DNA of 64,000 nt from Candidatus Latescibacterota bacterium (GTDB lineage: Bacteria; Latescibacterota; UBA2968; SICM01), in assembly GCA_965217865.1 (NCBI GenBank), contig CBDCJO010000002.1:1888001-1952000 (forward strand). The letters are read 5' to 3'. Below the pieces are notes generated by a model, which worked only from the letters and a program-made list of their open reading frames with translations, was not told the DNA's origin and did no database searches. Each line of letters opens with the position of its first letter. Positions within the stretch are counted from its first letter, which is position 1. Of the stretch, positions 9,424 through 19,236 are shown one piece after another. Made by a program: the position numbers and the translations under genes.

Positions 9424-10763
9424 GTGAATCCTCTGTTCATCAAATAAAGCCGCTTGTGGGGTACAAGCAGACCGATCTCGGTCTACTTCCCAACTGCTGG
9501 GACTCAGTACTTATTGGCGACCTCTTTGTATTCAAGAACGGTCTAAATAAAGCCAAGCGTTTCTTTGGTACTGGGACACCCATCGTCAACTACATGGACG
9601 TATTTGAACGTCCGGGTCTTATGACAGACGACCTATCAGGGCGGGTAAACCTAAGTCCGGAGGAGATTAAGAACTTCGAGGTCCGACTGGGGGATGTGTT
9701 CTTTACTCGCACATCGGAAACAGTTGAGGATGTTGGCGTCGCATCCGTCATGCTCGACGAGCCCTGTGACACAGTATTTAGTGGTTTCGTTCTTCGTGCT
9801 CGGCCCCGCGATGGTCACCTCAACGACCGCTTTAAGCAGTATTGCTTCGCGACCAGAGCAATTAGATCTCAGATCGTATCAAATGCAACATACACAACGC
9901 GCGCCCTGACCAATGGTCGTACGCTGTCGGCTGTCAGGATCGCAGTACCCCCAAAGCCCGAACAACGCGCCATCACCGAGGCGTTGTCAGATGTGGATGG
10001 GCTGCTCGGTGCGCTGGATGGGCTGCTCGCCAAGAAGCGGGCCATCAAGCAGGAGGCCATGCAGCAGCTCCTCACCGGCAAGACCCGCCTACCGGGTTTC
10101 AGTAGGGAGTGGGAGACAACAACGCTCGGAGGAGTCGCAGACATAAGAAACGGAGCAACGCCAAGCACTCAGATTACTGCTTTTTGGAACGGGTCGATTC
10201 CGTGGTGCACGCCGACCGACATCACGAGTACGCTCGGAAAGTATCTCCTCACGACGGAGCGAAGTATCACTGCGGAGGGGTTGACCAGTTGTGCGGCAAG
10301 CCTGCTCCCTGCTGGTGCTCTTCTCCTATGTAGCCGCGCAACCATCGGGGAAATCAAGATTGCTGCATCGCCGGTGTGTACGAACCAAGGCTTCAAGTCG
10401 CTCGTCTGTAAAGATGGCGTATCTAACGAGTTTCTGTACTACCTCCTTGTGACCCTGAAGCCGCAGATGATCGAGCGGGCCATTGGGTCAACCTTCTTGG
10501 AAATCGGTAAGCGCGATGTGGCGGCTATCGAAGTGAGGTTGCCACCCTCCGATGAGCAATCCGCCATCGCCACCTTTCTCTCCGACATGGACGCAGAGAT
10601 CGCCGCGCTGGAGCGCCGCCGAGACAAGATCCGTGCCATCAAGCAAGGCATGATGCAGGCGCTGCTGACTGGCCGCGTGCGGTTGGTCAAACCCGAGTTG
10701 GCCGCAGATCAAGAGACAGAGACGAGCACGTCCGACTTGGGAGGTGCACGGGTCACAACATGA
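9420..10763 (+). CDS. hsdS: Type I restriction-modification specificity subunit S
   Basis: Two TRDs with conserved repeats 'PPKPEQRAI...KQEAMQQLLTG' and 'PPSDEQSAIA...KQGMMQALLTG'; ATGA overlap with hsdM. Confidence 0.96.
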   Translation: MSESSVHQIKPLVGYKQTDLGLLPNCWDSVLIGDLFVFKNGLNKAKRFFGTGTPIVNYMDVFERPGLMTDDLSGRVNLSPEEIKNFEVRLGDVFFTRTSETVEDVGVASVMLDEPCDTVFSGFVLRARPRDGHLNDRFKQYCFATRAIRSQIVSNATYTTRALTNGRTLSAVRIAVPPKPEQRAITEALSDVDGLLGALDGLLAKKRAIKQEAMQQLLTGKTRLPGFSREWETTTLGGVADIRNGATPSTQITAFWNGSIPWCTPTDITSTLGKYLLTTERSITAEGLTSCAASLLPAGALLLCSRATIGEIKIAASPVCTNQGFKSLVCKDGVSNEFLYYLLVTLKPQMIERAIGSTFLEIGKRDVAAIEVRLPPSDEQSAIATFLSDMDAEIAALERRRDKIRAIKQGMMQALLTGRVRLVKPELAADQETETSTSDLGGARVTT

Positions 10764-12769
10764 ACACCCTCCGTATTTTCGTTAGCAGTGTGCAGGGTGA
10801 GTTCGCTGAAGAGCGAGCGGTATTGCGAGACTACGTCCGTGAAGACGTGTTGATGCGGCAGTTTTTTGACGTGTTCCTGTTTGAGGATGCCCCGGCATCT
10901 GATCAACGGCCCGACGAGCTCTATCTGGACGAAGTTGAACGGTCCGACATCTATGTGGGGTTATTTGGTAGGGACTACGGGACCGAGGACGATGAGGGGA
11001 TTTCGCCGACGGAGCGGGAGTTCGACCGCGCGACCACCATAAGCACGCATCGCCTGATATTCCTGAAGGGCATGGATGACGACGCCCGGAATCCTAAAAT
11101 GCTCGCACTGATCGACAAGGCCCAGGCTGGGCTGATTCGGAAGCGATTCAACACGCCTGAAGAGCTGGAGGCCGGACTCTACGCAGCTTTGGTGGAATAC
11201 TTGGTAGTCAAGGAGCTGATCCGCTCCAGTCCTTTCGACGCGGCGCCTTGCTCTAAGGCGACGCTGGACGATCTCGACATCGAAAGAATGGTCCGATTTA
11301 TCCGCACGGCGCGCAGAGCCCGGCAGTTTCCGCTGACCGAAGACGCGCCCCCTGACGAACTACTGGAGCATCTGAACCTGCTGAACGAAGGGCGACCGAC
11401 GAACGCCGCAGTATTGCTGTTCGGGAAGCTGCCGCAGCGGTTTCTGATCTCCGCTGAGATCAGGTGCGCCCACTTCCACGGAACGGAGGTCGGCAAGCCG
11501 ATCCCGTCCTACCAGGTTTACAAGGGCACAGCGTTCGAGTTGGTCGATCAGGCGGTGGACTTTGTGCTCAGCAAGATCAACCGATCCATTGGCACACGGG
11601 CTGAAGACGTCCGAGCTCCCACAACCTATGAGATTCCGAAAGAGGTCGTGACCGAAGCTATCGTCAACGCGGTGGCCCACCGCGATTACACAGACAACGG
11701 CAGCGTGCAGGTCATGCTCTTCGCCGATCGGCTGGAGGTACGGAATCCAGGCAGACTCTCGCCGCCGCTGACACTCGATAAGCTGCGTGTCGCGCACAGG
11801 TCGGTACCCGCCAACCCCTTGCTGGCAGAGTCCTTATACCTTGCCGAATACATCGAACGGATGGGGACGGGAACACTGGACATGATCCGCAGGTGCGCCG
11901 AGGCCGATTTACCAGAGCCTGAGTTCGCCGTCACCGATGGATTTGTCGCGACAGTTCATCGGCCGCAGAGTCAAGTCTGCATTGTTACTGTGTACTACGG
12001 CCAAGAGCCACTGGCGGATGTCGACATACTGGTACTGTTTCCCAACGGAACCTGGAAACGCTCAACGACCAACGAACATGGAGAGGCAGATATTGAACTA
12101 CATTCCCTCCATCTGCCAATGACGGTGTTCGCGGCTGCGGTGGGCTTTGCTGCATGCACCGAATACGACTGGACGCCTGCGGAACGCGCACTCTCCTTGC
12201 AACTAAACTCGTTGGAGGACGGCGGCGCCGTCATCTTTCCTGAGGCGATTGGCGACCTTCCGGGGCTTAAAGGGAGACTGAACCCCATTCGCGACACCCA
12301 TGACCGCACCTATCTTTACGCCTCCAACATCGCCATCAACAGTGGCCAGCAGCAACCGGTTGAGTTCGTCCTCGGTGAGGAGCTGTGTCTCACTGATGCT
12401 GACGGGAACGAACTGCTGGCTCGCATCGTCGACATCGTAGGCCGATCAGCGTTGGTGGAGTATCGTGCGACTCAGGGTCAATCCAGGTTGCGGCCAGAGT
12501 CGCGGCCAGAGTCGCGGCCAGAGTCTCTAGAGGCGAAAGTGCTCAGCCTCTTGACGGCTGGACCGATGTCGAAGGCCGAGTTGTCCAGGAACCTGGGACA
12601 GAAGGAAATCTCTGGCCAGCTCAACAAGGTCGTCCGGCTGCTTATTGGTGACCGGAGGATCGAGTACACGCTGCCCGATAAGCCTCGAAGTCGGCTCCAG
12701 AAATATCGGCTGACGGACAAGGGACGGGCCGCCGTCGCAGACCCGAGGGCGGGGAGCGCAGAGTCATGA
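10760..12769 (+). CDS. DUF4062 + RecG-C/HATPase_c_4 ATP-binding protein with an extra beta-rich domain and C-terminal wHTH
   Basis: 'RIFVSSVQGEFAEER' (DUF4062), 'EAIVNAVAHRDY', 'NPG', 'IERMGTG', C-terminal 'IEYTLPDKPRSRLQKYRLT'. Confidence 0.85.
   Translation: MNTLRIFVSSVQGEFAEERAVLRDYVREDVLMRQFFDVFLFEDAPASDQRPDELYLDEVERSDIYVGLFGRDYGTEDDEGISPTEREFDRATTISTHRLIFLKGMDDDARNPKMLALIDKAQAGLIRKRFNTPEELEAGLYAALVEYLVVKELIRSSPFDAAPCSKATLDDLDIERMVRFIRTARRARQFPLTEDAPPDELLEHLNLLNEGRPTNAAVLLFGKLPQRFLISAEIRCAHFHGTEVGKPIPSYQVYKGTAFELVDQAVDFVLSKINRSIGTRAEDVRAPTTYEIPKEVVTEAIVNAVAHRDYTDNGSVQVMLFADRLEVRNPGRLSPPLTLDKLRVAHRSVPANPLLAESLYLAEYIERMGTGTLDMIRRCAEADLPEPEFAVTDGFVATVHRPQSQVCIVTVYYGQEPLADVDILVLFPNGTWKRSTTNEHGEADIELHSLHLPMTVFAAAVGFAACTEYDWTPAERALSLQLNSLEDGGAVIFPEAIGDLPGLKGRLNPIRDTHDRTYLYASNIAINSGQQQPVEFVLGEELCLTDADGNELLARIVDIVGRSALVEYRATQGQSRLRPESRPESRPESLEAKVLSLLTAGPMSKAELSRNLGQKEISGQLNKVVRLLIGDRRIEYTLPDKPRSRLQKYRLTDKGRAAVADPRAGSAES
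12490..12526 (+). repeat. 12-bp tandem repeat GCGGCCAGAGTC x3 encoding an (RPES)3 linker
   Basis: Directly visible in the sequence. Confidence 0.85.
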
Positions 12770-15700
12770 ACATCGTCGGCCAACGGGAGATCCACACGCA
12801 GCGGTGCGTGATCGATTTCTTTCACGACTTTCTCGGCTACGCCTATCTCGGTAACTGGAAGGATCGTTCTGACAACCGCAATGTCGAGGAGACGCTGCTT
12901 ACCCACTGGCTGACACGCCAGGGTCACAGCGACAAGATCATCGCCAGGGTGTTGTCCCAGCTAGACAAGGCAGCGGCACTCGGCGGTAGCAAGACGCTCT
13001 ACAACGCCAACCGCGAGGTCCACGGTCTGCTCCGCTACGGCGTGAAGGTCCAACCCGCAGCGGGCGAACAGATTATCACTGCATGGCTGATCGACTGGGC
13101 GAATCCGAGCAACAACGACTTCGCCATTGCCGAAGAAGTAACGGTCACCGGGAAGAACACCAAGCGTCCGGACCTCGTGCTCTACGTCAATGGCATCGCG
13201 CTGAGTGTGCTGGAGTTGAAGCGCTCCACGGTGTCCGTGACCGAGGGCATCCGTCAGAACCTCGACAGCCAGAAGAAGGAGTTCACTCGCCCGTTCTACG
13301 CCACCGTTCAGCTGGTGATGGCGGGCAACGACACCGAGGGACTGCGCTACGGCGTTATCGAGACGCCCGAGAAGTACTGGCTACGCTGGAAGGAAGCCGA
13401 TGCCCATCCGGCCGCCGGCGACAACCCTCTGCTCCGGGAACTGAGCAAACTGTGCAGCAAGGAGCGGCTCCTGGAGATTGTGCACGACTTCATTGTCTTC
13501 GACGCGGGCGTAAAGAAGATTTGTCGTCACAACCAGTACTTTGGGGTATGCGCGGCGCACGAACGCGTGCAACGCCGGGAGGGAGGCATCATCTGGCATA
13601 CCCAGGGTAGCGGGAAGAGCCTGACCATGGTCTGGCTGGCGAAATGGATTCGCGAGCACGTGACCAACGCACGAGTGCTGATCATCATCGACCGCACCGA
13701 GCTGGATGAGCAGATCGAGAAGGTCTTTAAGGGCGTCAGCGAGAACATCTACCGCACAAAGAGCGGCGACGACTTGGTGCGCGTGCTCAATGCCAGCGAC
13801 GAGTGGCTGACCTGCTCGCTAATCCAGAAGTTCGGCACATCAGAGGAAGGCGACATCGACGCTTTTCTAAAGGACATCCGAGAGCACCTACCCAAGGATT
13901 TCCACACTAAGGGCGAAATCTTCGTCTTCGTCGACGAATGCCATCGCACCCAGTCCGGCAAGCTCCACGATGCGATGAAAGCGCTGCTCCCAGGTGCGAT
14001 GCTGATCGGCTTCACTGGCACACCGCTGCTCAAGGAGGACAAACGGCGGAGTATCGAGACCTTCGGTCCGTATATCCACACCTACAAGTACGACGAGGCG
14101 GTGGACGACGGCGTGGTGCTGGATCTCCGCTACGAGGCCCGCGACATTGACCAAAACATTACTTCCCAAGCCAAGATCGATCAGTGGTTCGACCTCAAGA
14201 CGCGCGGTCTGACTGATGTGGCAAAGGCCCAGCTCAAACAGCGCTGGGGCACGATGCAGAAAGTAATGAGTTCACGGGACCGGCTGGAGACAATCGTTGC
14301 CGACATCTTGCTAGACATTGAGACGCGCGACCGGCTGAAGAGCGGCCACGGCAACGCGATGCTTGTCTCCGGCAGCATCTACTCTGCCTGTCGCTACTTC
14401 GAAATGTTTCAGCAGACCGATCTGGTGGGCAAATGCGCCATTGTGACCTCCTACAAGCCCGTTCCGGCAGACATCAAAGGCGAGGAGTCCGGTGAGGGTC
14501 TCACCGAGAAGCTGCGTAAGTATGGCATTTACCGAAAAATGCTTGCGGAGTATTTCAACGAGTCGGAAGACTCGGCGATGAACAAGATTGAGCAGTTCGA
14601 GCGGGAGGTGAAGAAACGCTTCGTCGACGAGCCGGGGCAAATGAAGCTTTTGATCGTCGTGGACAAGCTCCTGACCGGTTTCGACGCCCCCTCGGCGACC
14701 TATCTTTACATCGACAAGCAGATGCAGGACCATGGTCTGTTCCAGGCGATCTGCCGCGTTAACCGTCTCGACGGCGAGGACAAGGAATACGGCTACATCA
14801 TCGACTACAAGGACCTGTTCCGGTCACTGGAACAATCGATCAAGGACTACACAGGCGAGGCTTTTGCCGGCTACGATGAGGCCGACGTTAAGGGATTGCT
14901 GAAGGACCGGCTACAGCAGGGCCGGGAGCGCCTTGGGGAAGCACGCGAGGCCATCAAGGCGCTGTGCGAGCCGGTAGAGCCGCCATACAATACTGCGGCT
15001 TATCTGCGCTTTTTCTGCGCCGCCGAAAGCGGCAACGTTGGGCAACTCAAAGATAACGAACCAAAGCGCGTAGCACTCTACAAGCTGGCCACGGCGTTTC
15101 TTCGTGCCTACGCCAACTTGGCCAACGAGATGCACGAAGCCGGCTACTCTGAGGCCGAAGCACAGACGATCAAAGCCGAAGTGGGACACTACGAGAAGGT
15201 CCGCGTGGAGGTCAAGCTGGCGAGCGGCGATTACATCGACATGAAGATGTATGAGCCGGCCATGCGGCACCTGCTCGATACGTACATTCGGGCAGAGGAG
15301 AGCGAGGATCTCTCGGAGTTCGATGATTTGACGCTTGTCCAACTGATTGTCGAGCGCGGGGAAGCAGCGGTGGATGAGCTGCCGAGGGGGCTTCGTAAGA
15401 ACCGCGAAGCGATGGCTGAGACGATTGAGAACAATGTCCGACGGCTCATCATTGATGAAACAGCGGTCAATCCGAAGTACTACGAGAGGATGTCGCGGCT
15501 ACTGGACGCCCTGATCCTCCAGCGCAAGCAGGAAGCGCTCGACTACAAGGCTTACCTGGCGAGGATCGTTGAGCTGACCAAGAACGTCAGCAGACCAGAG
15601 ACCCAGTCGTCATATCCTTCGGGTATCAACACCACCGCACTCAGGTCGCTTTTCGACAACTTGGATGGCACACAGCTTCCGGGAGAGGCACCGGTGCACG

Positions 15701-15903
15701 ACGGCACTGAACCAACCGTGGATGTCAGGGAGGCAAAGGCGCTTGCCTTGGATAGCGCCATCCGAGGCGTAAAGAAAGCGGACTGGCGGGGAAACAAATT
15801 CAAGGAACGAGAGGTACGCAACGCCATCAAGTCAGAGCTCGGTGAAAATGTGGGTCTCGTAAGCACCATATTCGAAATCGCGAAGGCACAGAGTGGCTAC
15901 TAA
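12766..15903 (+). CDS. hsdR: Type I restriction endonuclease subunit R
   Basis: Nuclease 'RPDLVLYVNGI...ELK', Walker A 'HTQGSGKS', 'DECH', 'GFTGTP', 'LTGFD', 'QAICRVNR'. Confidence 0.97.
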   Translation: MNIVGQREIHTQRCVIDFFHDFLGYAYLGNWKDRSDNRNVEETLLTHWLTRQGHSDKIIARVLSQLDKAAALGGSKTLYNANREVHGLLRYGVKVQPAAGEQIITAWLIDWANPSNNDFAIAEEVTVTGKNTKRPDLVLYVNGIALSVLELKRSTVSVTEGIRQNLDSQKKEFTRPFYATVQLVMAGNDTEGLRYGVIETPEKYWLRWKEADAHPAAGDNPLLRELSKLCSKERLLEIVHDFIVFDAGVKKICRHNQYFGVCAAHERVQRREGGIIWHTQGSGKSLTMVWLAKWIREHVTNARVLIIIDRTELDEQIEKVFKGVSENIYRTKSGDDLVRVLNASDEWLTCSLIQKFGTSEEGDIDAFLKDIREHLPKDFHTKGEIFVFVDECHRTQSGKLHDAMKALLPGAMLIGFTGTPLLKEDKRRSIETFGPYIHTYKYDEAVDDGVVLDLRYEARDIDQNITSQAKIDQWFDLKTRGLTDVAKAQLKQRWGTMQKVMSSRDRLETIVADILLDIETRDRLKSGHGNAMLVSGSIYSACRYFEMFQQTDLVGKCAIVTSYKPVPADIKGEESGEGLTEKLRKYGIYRKMLAEYFNESEDSAMNKIEQFEREVKKRFVDEPGQMKLLIVVDKLLTGFDAPSATYLYIDKQMQDHGLFQAICRVNRLDGEDKEYGYIIDYKDLFRSLEQSIKDYTGEAFAGYDEADVKGLLKDRLQQGRERLGEAREAIKALCEPVEPPYNTAAYLRFFCAAESGNVGQLKDNEPKRVALYKLATAFLRAYANLANEMHEAGYSEAEAQTIKAEVGHYEKVRVEVKLASGDYIDMKMYEPAMRHLLDTYIRAEESEDLSEFDDLTLVQLIVERGEAAVDELPRGLRKNREAMAETIENNVRRLIIDETAVNPKYYERMSRLLDALILQRKQEALDYKAYLARIVELTKNVSRPETQSSYPSGINTTALRSLFDNLDGTQLPGEAPVHDGTEPTVDVREAKALALDSAIRGVKKADWRGNKFKEREVRNAIKSELGENVGLVSTIFEIAKAQSGY

Positions 15904-16627
15904 GGTAAGAAGCCACAGGATAGACGTTCGAGGAACGCCAGTAGAGGTCGTCCGTAAGGACATCAAAAACCTCCATGTGGGTGTTTACCCACCGAGTGGC
16001 CGGGTGCGAGTGGCCGCACCGCTCTGCCTTGACGATGACGCCGTGCGCGTGGCTGTAATTTCACGCCTGGGATGGATTCGCCGGCAGCAGGCTGAATTCG
16101 TGCAGCAGGATCGCCAGACCCAGCGAGAATTTGTAACTGGCGAGAGTCATTACTTCGAGGGCCGGCGCTACCGGCTAGACGTGATTGAGCGTGAGAGTCG
16201 GCCGACTGTTCGCCTGCTCAACAACACAACAATTGCGTTACGCATTCGTCCAGGCTCCGATAGGAATACTCGCGAGGCTGTACTGCATCGGTGGTATCGC
16301 CGTCAGCTCAGAGCGCGCTTGCAAACGTTGCTCGCGAAATGGGAACCGAAGATCGGCGTCGGTGTGCCCGAGGTTCGTATCAGAAAGATGAAAACCCGTT
16401 GGGGGACGTGCAACAGTGACGCCGGAAGAATTTGGTTGAATCTTGAACTGGTGAAGAAGCAGGCATCCTGCATTGAGTACATCGTAGTGCACGAGATGTT
16501 TCACTTGATTGAACGCCATCACAATGAGCGGTTTTGGGATCTGATGGACCGGCACATGCCGCGGTGGCGCTTGCATAGGGACGAACTCAACCGTGCACCG
16601 CTCGCACACGAAGACTGGAAATACTGA
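15893..16627 (+). CDS. YgjP/DUF45-like (M48-type) zinc metalloprotein associated with type I RM
   Basis: 'MKTRWGTC' and HExxH 'VVHEMFH...HNERF'; typical position after hsdR. Confidence 0.9.
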   Translation: MATKVRSHRIDVRGTPVEVVRKDIKNLHVGVYPPSGRVRVAAPLCLDDDAVRVAVISRLGWIRRQQAEFVQQDRQTQREFVTGESHYFEGRRYRLDVIERESRPTVRLLNNTTIALRIRPGSDRNTREAVLHRWYRRQLRARLQTLLAKWEPKIGVGVPEVRIRKMKTRWGTCNSDAGRIWLNLELVKKQASCIEYIVVHEMFHLIERHHNERFWDLMDRHMPRWRLHRDELNRAPLAHEDWKY

Positions 16628-17072
16628 ATGCAATCGTCCGCTACCAACTGGGACCGCGAGCTAACTAACTGCGACTGCGGGAAGACTTCGCTATTCTGAA
16701 GGCTCAGGGACTGGCCAAATCCAAGGATTGCGGCCGGGAGGAACGATGTAACCGCCCGTAGAATTGTGAGGTTGTCTCATTTTTTCCGAGGGGATTAAAA
16801 GTATTAGGCTTGGTGGGAGAAGTGGAGTTGTGAATCTGAAGATTCTTTTTCCTTGACTTTCCCTTGAAAAAATGATGGGAATTCGGGAATAATATACATT
16901 TTCAACGGCTAATTACGTATATTATACCCATATTTCAGGATGGTATTCTATGACATATATACTATAGTTAAGTTTTGACTACGGTTGAGGAGTGACCCGA
17001 ACACGTTATTGATTAAGAAGGAGTAGACGTTACCCTTTTCCTAATGCCGGTGTTAGCCAAGGAGATGATAAC

Positions 17073-17501
17073 ATGGCTTCGGTGCGTGATGTTGCAGGAT
17101 ACACCCTTTCCATAACTGGGAAGATCACAACGTGGAAGCTTCAAAAACTCGTCTATTACTCTCAAGCGTGGCAACTTGTTTGGGATGAGGATCTATTGTT
17201 TGAAGAAGAAATAGAGGCGTGGGCAAACGGTCCAGTCTGCCCACGCCTCTATCAGATACACAAAGGCAACTTTTTTATCTCGACCGTGAGAAAGGCTGAG
17301 AGCAACAGGCTATCTAACGATCAGCGGGAAACCATAGACATAGTAGTTGACTATTATGGAAAGTACTCTGGCCAACAACTTAGTGACCTCACTCATTCTG
17401 AACTTCCGTGGCAACAAGCAAGAAAGGGGATTCCGTCTAGGGAAAGGGGGGACAGCGTTATCACACTTGAGTCTATGGCGGAGTACTATGGTTCCCTGTA
17501 A
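17073..17501 (+). CDS. Panacea-domain (DUF4065/SocA/GepA) antitoxin
   Basis: 'KLQKLVYYSQAW', 'IEAWANGPV', 'LSDLTHSELPW'; RBS AAGGAG. Confidence 0.92.
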   Translation: MASVRDVAGYTLSITGKITTWKLQKLVYYSQAWQLVWDEDLLFEEEIEAWANGPVCPRLYQIHKGNFFISTVRKAESNRLSNDQRETIDIVVDYYGKYSGQQLSDLTHSELPWQQARKGIPSRERGDSVITLESMAEYYGSL

Positions 17502-17973
17502 AAGGAGAAAAAACAAGGAGGTAAGATCGAAAAAAATTCCCCCTAAGGCTAAGAAAGTGCAGGAAGACGAGTACCTCTTCGGGGCAGACCAACTAACGAT
17601 TTGCTGGCACCTCGGCAAGTTTGACTGGGATGGGCCTTGGGGGGAAATGGCGTGTAAGAGCCTTGATTTCCGACACTTATTAGAAGAGACAATTTCGCAA
17701 TGGGAACGGATGACTTGGGCTGAAATCTATTCTGCCAGTGGTGGAAGGGCTAAAGGAAACAACAGTCATCCAGTCGATACATCTAGGATTTCTAGTAAAG
17801 CGAAGAAGCGACTGAGGTCAATTTATTTGGAAGACACTGAGAGTTTGGTATCACTTAGGATAAATTCTAGAACGAGGTTCTATGGAATCCGGGACAGGCG
17901 GTCATTTCAGTTTCTTTGGTATGACCCATGGCATCATATCAAGAATAAGTCCGTCTTCCCTACCCGGAGATGA
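17488..17973 (+). CDS. Putative cognate toxin (PanT), possibly a RelE/BECR-like RNase
   Basis: Overlaps the antitoxin stop. Basic protein with C-terminal 'LVSLRINSRTRFYGIRDRRSFQFLWYDPWH' beta-meander. Start codon uncertain. Confidence 0.65.
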   Translation: MVPCKRRKNKEVRSKKIPPKAKKVQEDEYLFGADQLTICWHLGKFDWDGPWGEMACKSLDFRHLLEETISQWERMTWAEIYSASGGRAKGNNSHPVDTSRISSKAKKRLRSIYLEDTESLVSLRINSRTRFYGIRDRRSFQFLWYDPWHHIKNKSVFPTRR

Positions 17974-18088
17974 AGAACCTTAGAGCCTACCCGAAGCATC
18001 TCTTTCCCGTGAGGTTTAAATATGGAAATGATTGAAACCCAAACTCTAATCAATGAGGATGAACAGAAAATGGTTCTTGACGCGGAGT

Positions 18089-18703
18089 TTACGCGGGATA
18101 GCGGGTTGAAAAGATAAACAGCTTCAAGAGGAAGTCGATGATGCTTCGTCCGGTGGTATCCTCGGCCACGCAAGCCGTGACGTTTCCGCTTCGCTGCACC
18201 GCGCCCAGGACCGGCGTCTTTTTCGTTCCCCGTCCCCGCTTGTTCTTTTGATCGTCCTTTCGATTCTTGCGCCTTCGGGGTCGGCCTCCAACGTAGGTTT
18301 CGTCCGCTTCGATGATGCCCTTGAGCAGGGGAAGCTGTCCAGAGGCCATAGCCGCTCTGATGCGCTGTTGCATATACCAGGCCGTGGGGTTGGTCATATC
18401 GATATCGCGGGCAAGCTGGCAACTGGACAGGCTCTTCTTTGCGTTGAGGATCAATGCGATTGCCATAAACCATTTCTGAAGCGGCATATGCGTTCCTTGA
18501 AAAATAGTCTTGGACAACACGTTGAAGCTGGCCTTGCAAGCATGGCAGTTCCAGCGTCCGATAAGATCACGTTCTTTCTTTCGGGCCACGTCCACAACCC
18601 CACATAGCGGGCAGAAAGGCTCGTTTCCAAACCTGATCCTTTCAAGATGATCGATGCATGACTGCTGGTCCGGAAAACGGTTGAGAATATCAAATAAATT
18701 CAT
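18089..18703 (-). pseudogene. IS1595-family transposase, C-terminally truncated
   Basis: Zn ribbon 'CPLCG...WNCHAC', HTH and first catalytic motif 'IEADETYVGG'; ends before the second D and the N/E motifs. Confidence 0.9.
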
Positions 18704-18729
18704 GGTGAACCCTCCTTAAGTGTGTATAT

Positions 18730-18758
18730 AATATACATAATATGGGTTCACTTGTCAA
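18730..18758 (-). promoter_or_regulatory. Sigma70 promoter of the IS1595 transposase
   Basis: TTGACA-17 bp-TATATT on the minus strand, followed by AAGGAGG and ATG at 18703. Confidence 0.75.
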
Positions 18759-19078
18759 GCCTAAAAGTTAGAATTACCTTTTCCGATACTGGCTTATTCC
18801 GGCCCATTCGTGAATACGTCGTGTATTTGGGTCTATTTAGGGTCTCATTCCTGTCGACCCAATCCCACTTCACGACCTATACAGCCTGGGGGGGCTTGCT
18901 CTGCCGCTGAATCTGCAATCTCGCTACAACGAGTGCGCCGGCGCAGCAATTCGCGGCGTGCCTGCTCCCGTAACGCCTCCGTCCCTCCTCGTCTCCGAGC
19001 CGTGGCCGCGCCATAGTTCGCTTCCTTGCCTTCCCAAGAGGATCCGGGGGGTGCCCCCGGCAAAGGTGGGACGTATCG

Positions 19079-19133
19079 AAGGCCATCTTTTCAAGAAGCT
19101 TGATTGATTTCTATCCAAAGGCCATCTTTTCAA
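19079..19133. repeat. 16-bp direct repeat AAGGCCATCTTTTCAA x2
   Basis: Copies at 19079-19094 and 19118-19133. Confidence 0.8.
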
Positions 19134-19236
19134 TGAAGGAGGTTAAATGTGGTGTGGGTAGTTCTACTAATACCCGTTTGTATAGTAGCCCTGTTGGCCT
19201 ACATGGGCAGCAAGTCAGGCCGACGTACTTGATTGT

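Larger units (their letters stand above)
16790..18778 (-). mobile_element. IS1595-family element with passenger toxin-antitoxin genes; 8-bp TSD TTTTCCGA
   Basis: TTTTCCGA at 16782-16789 and 18779-18786. Ends GGGGATTAAAAGTATTAGGCTTG and (revcomp) GGTAATTCTAACTTTTAGGCTTG match at 17/23 positions. IS1595 transposase lies inside. Confidence 0.85.

Noticed and set aside
18032-18117. Short ORF MEMIETQ...GLKR as a third TA component
   Set aside because: Only ~31 codons and it runs into the truncated transposase; probably a deletion remnant.
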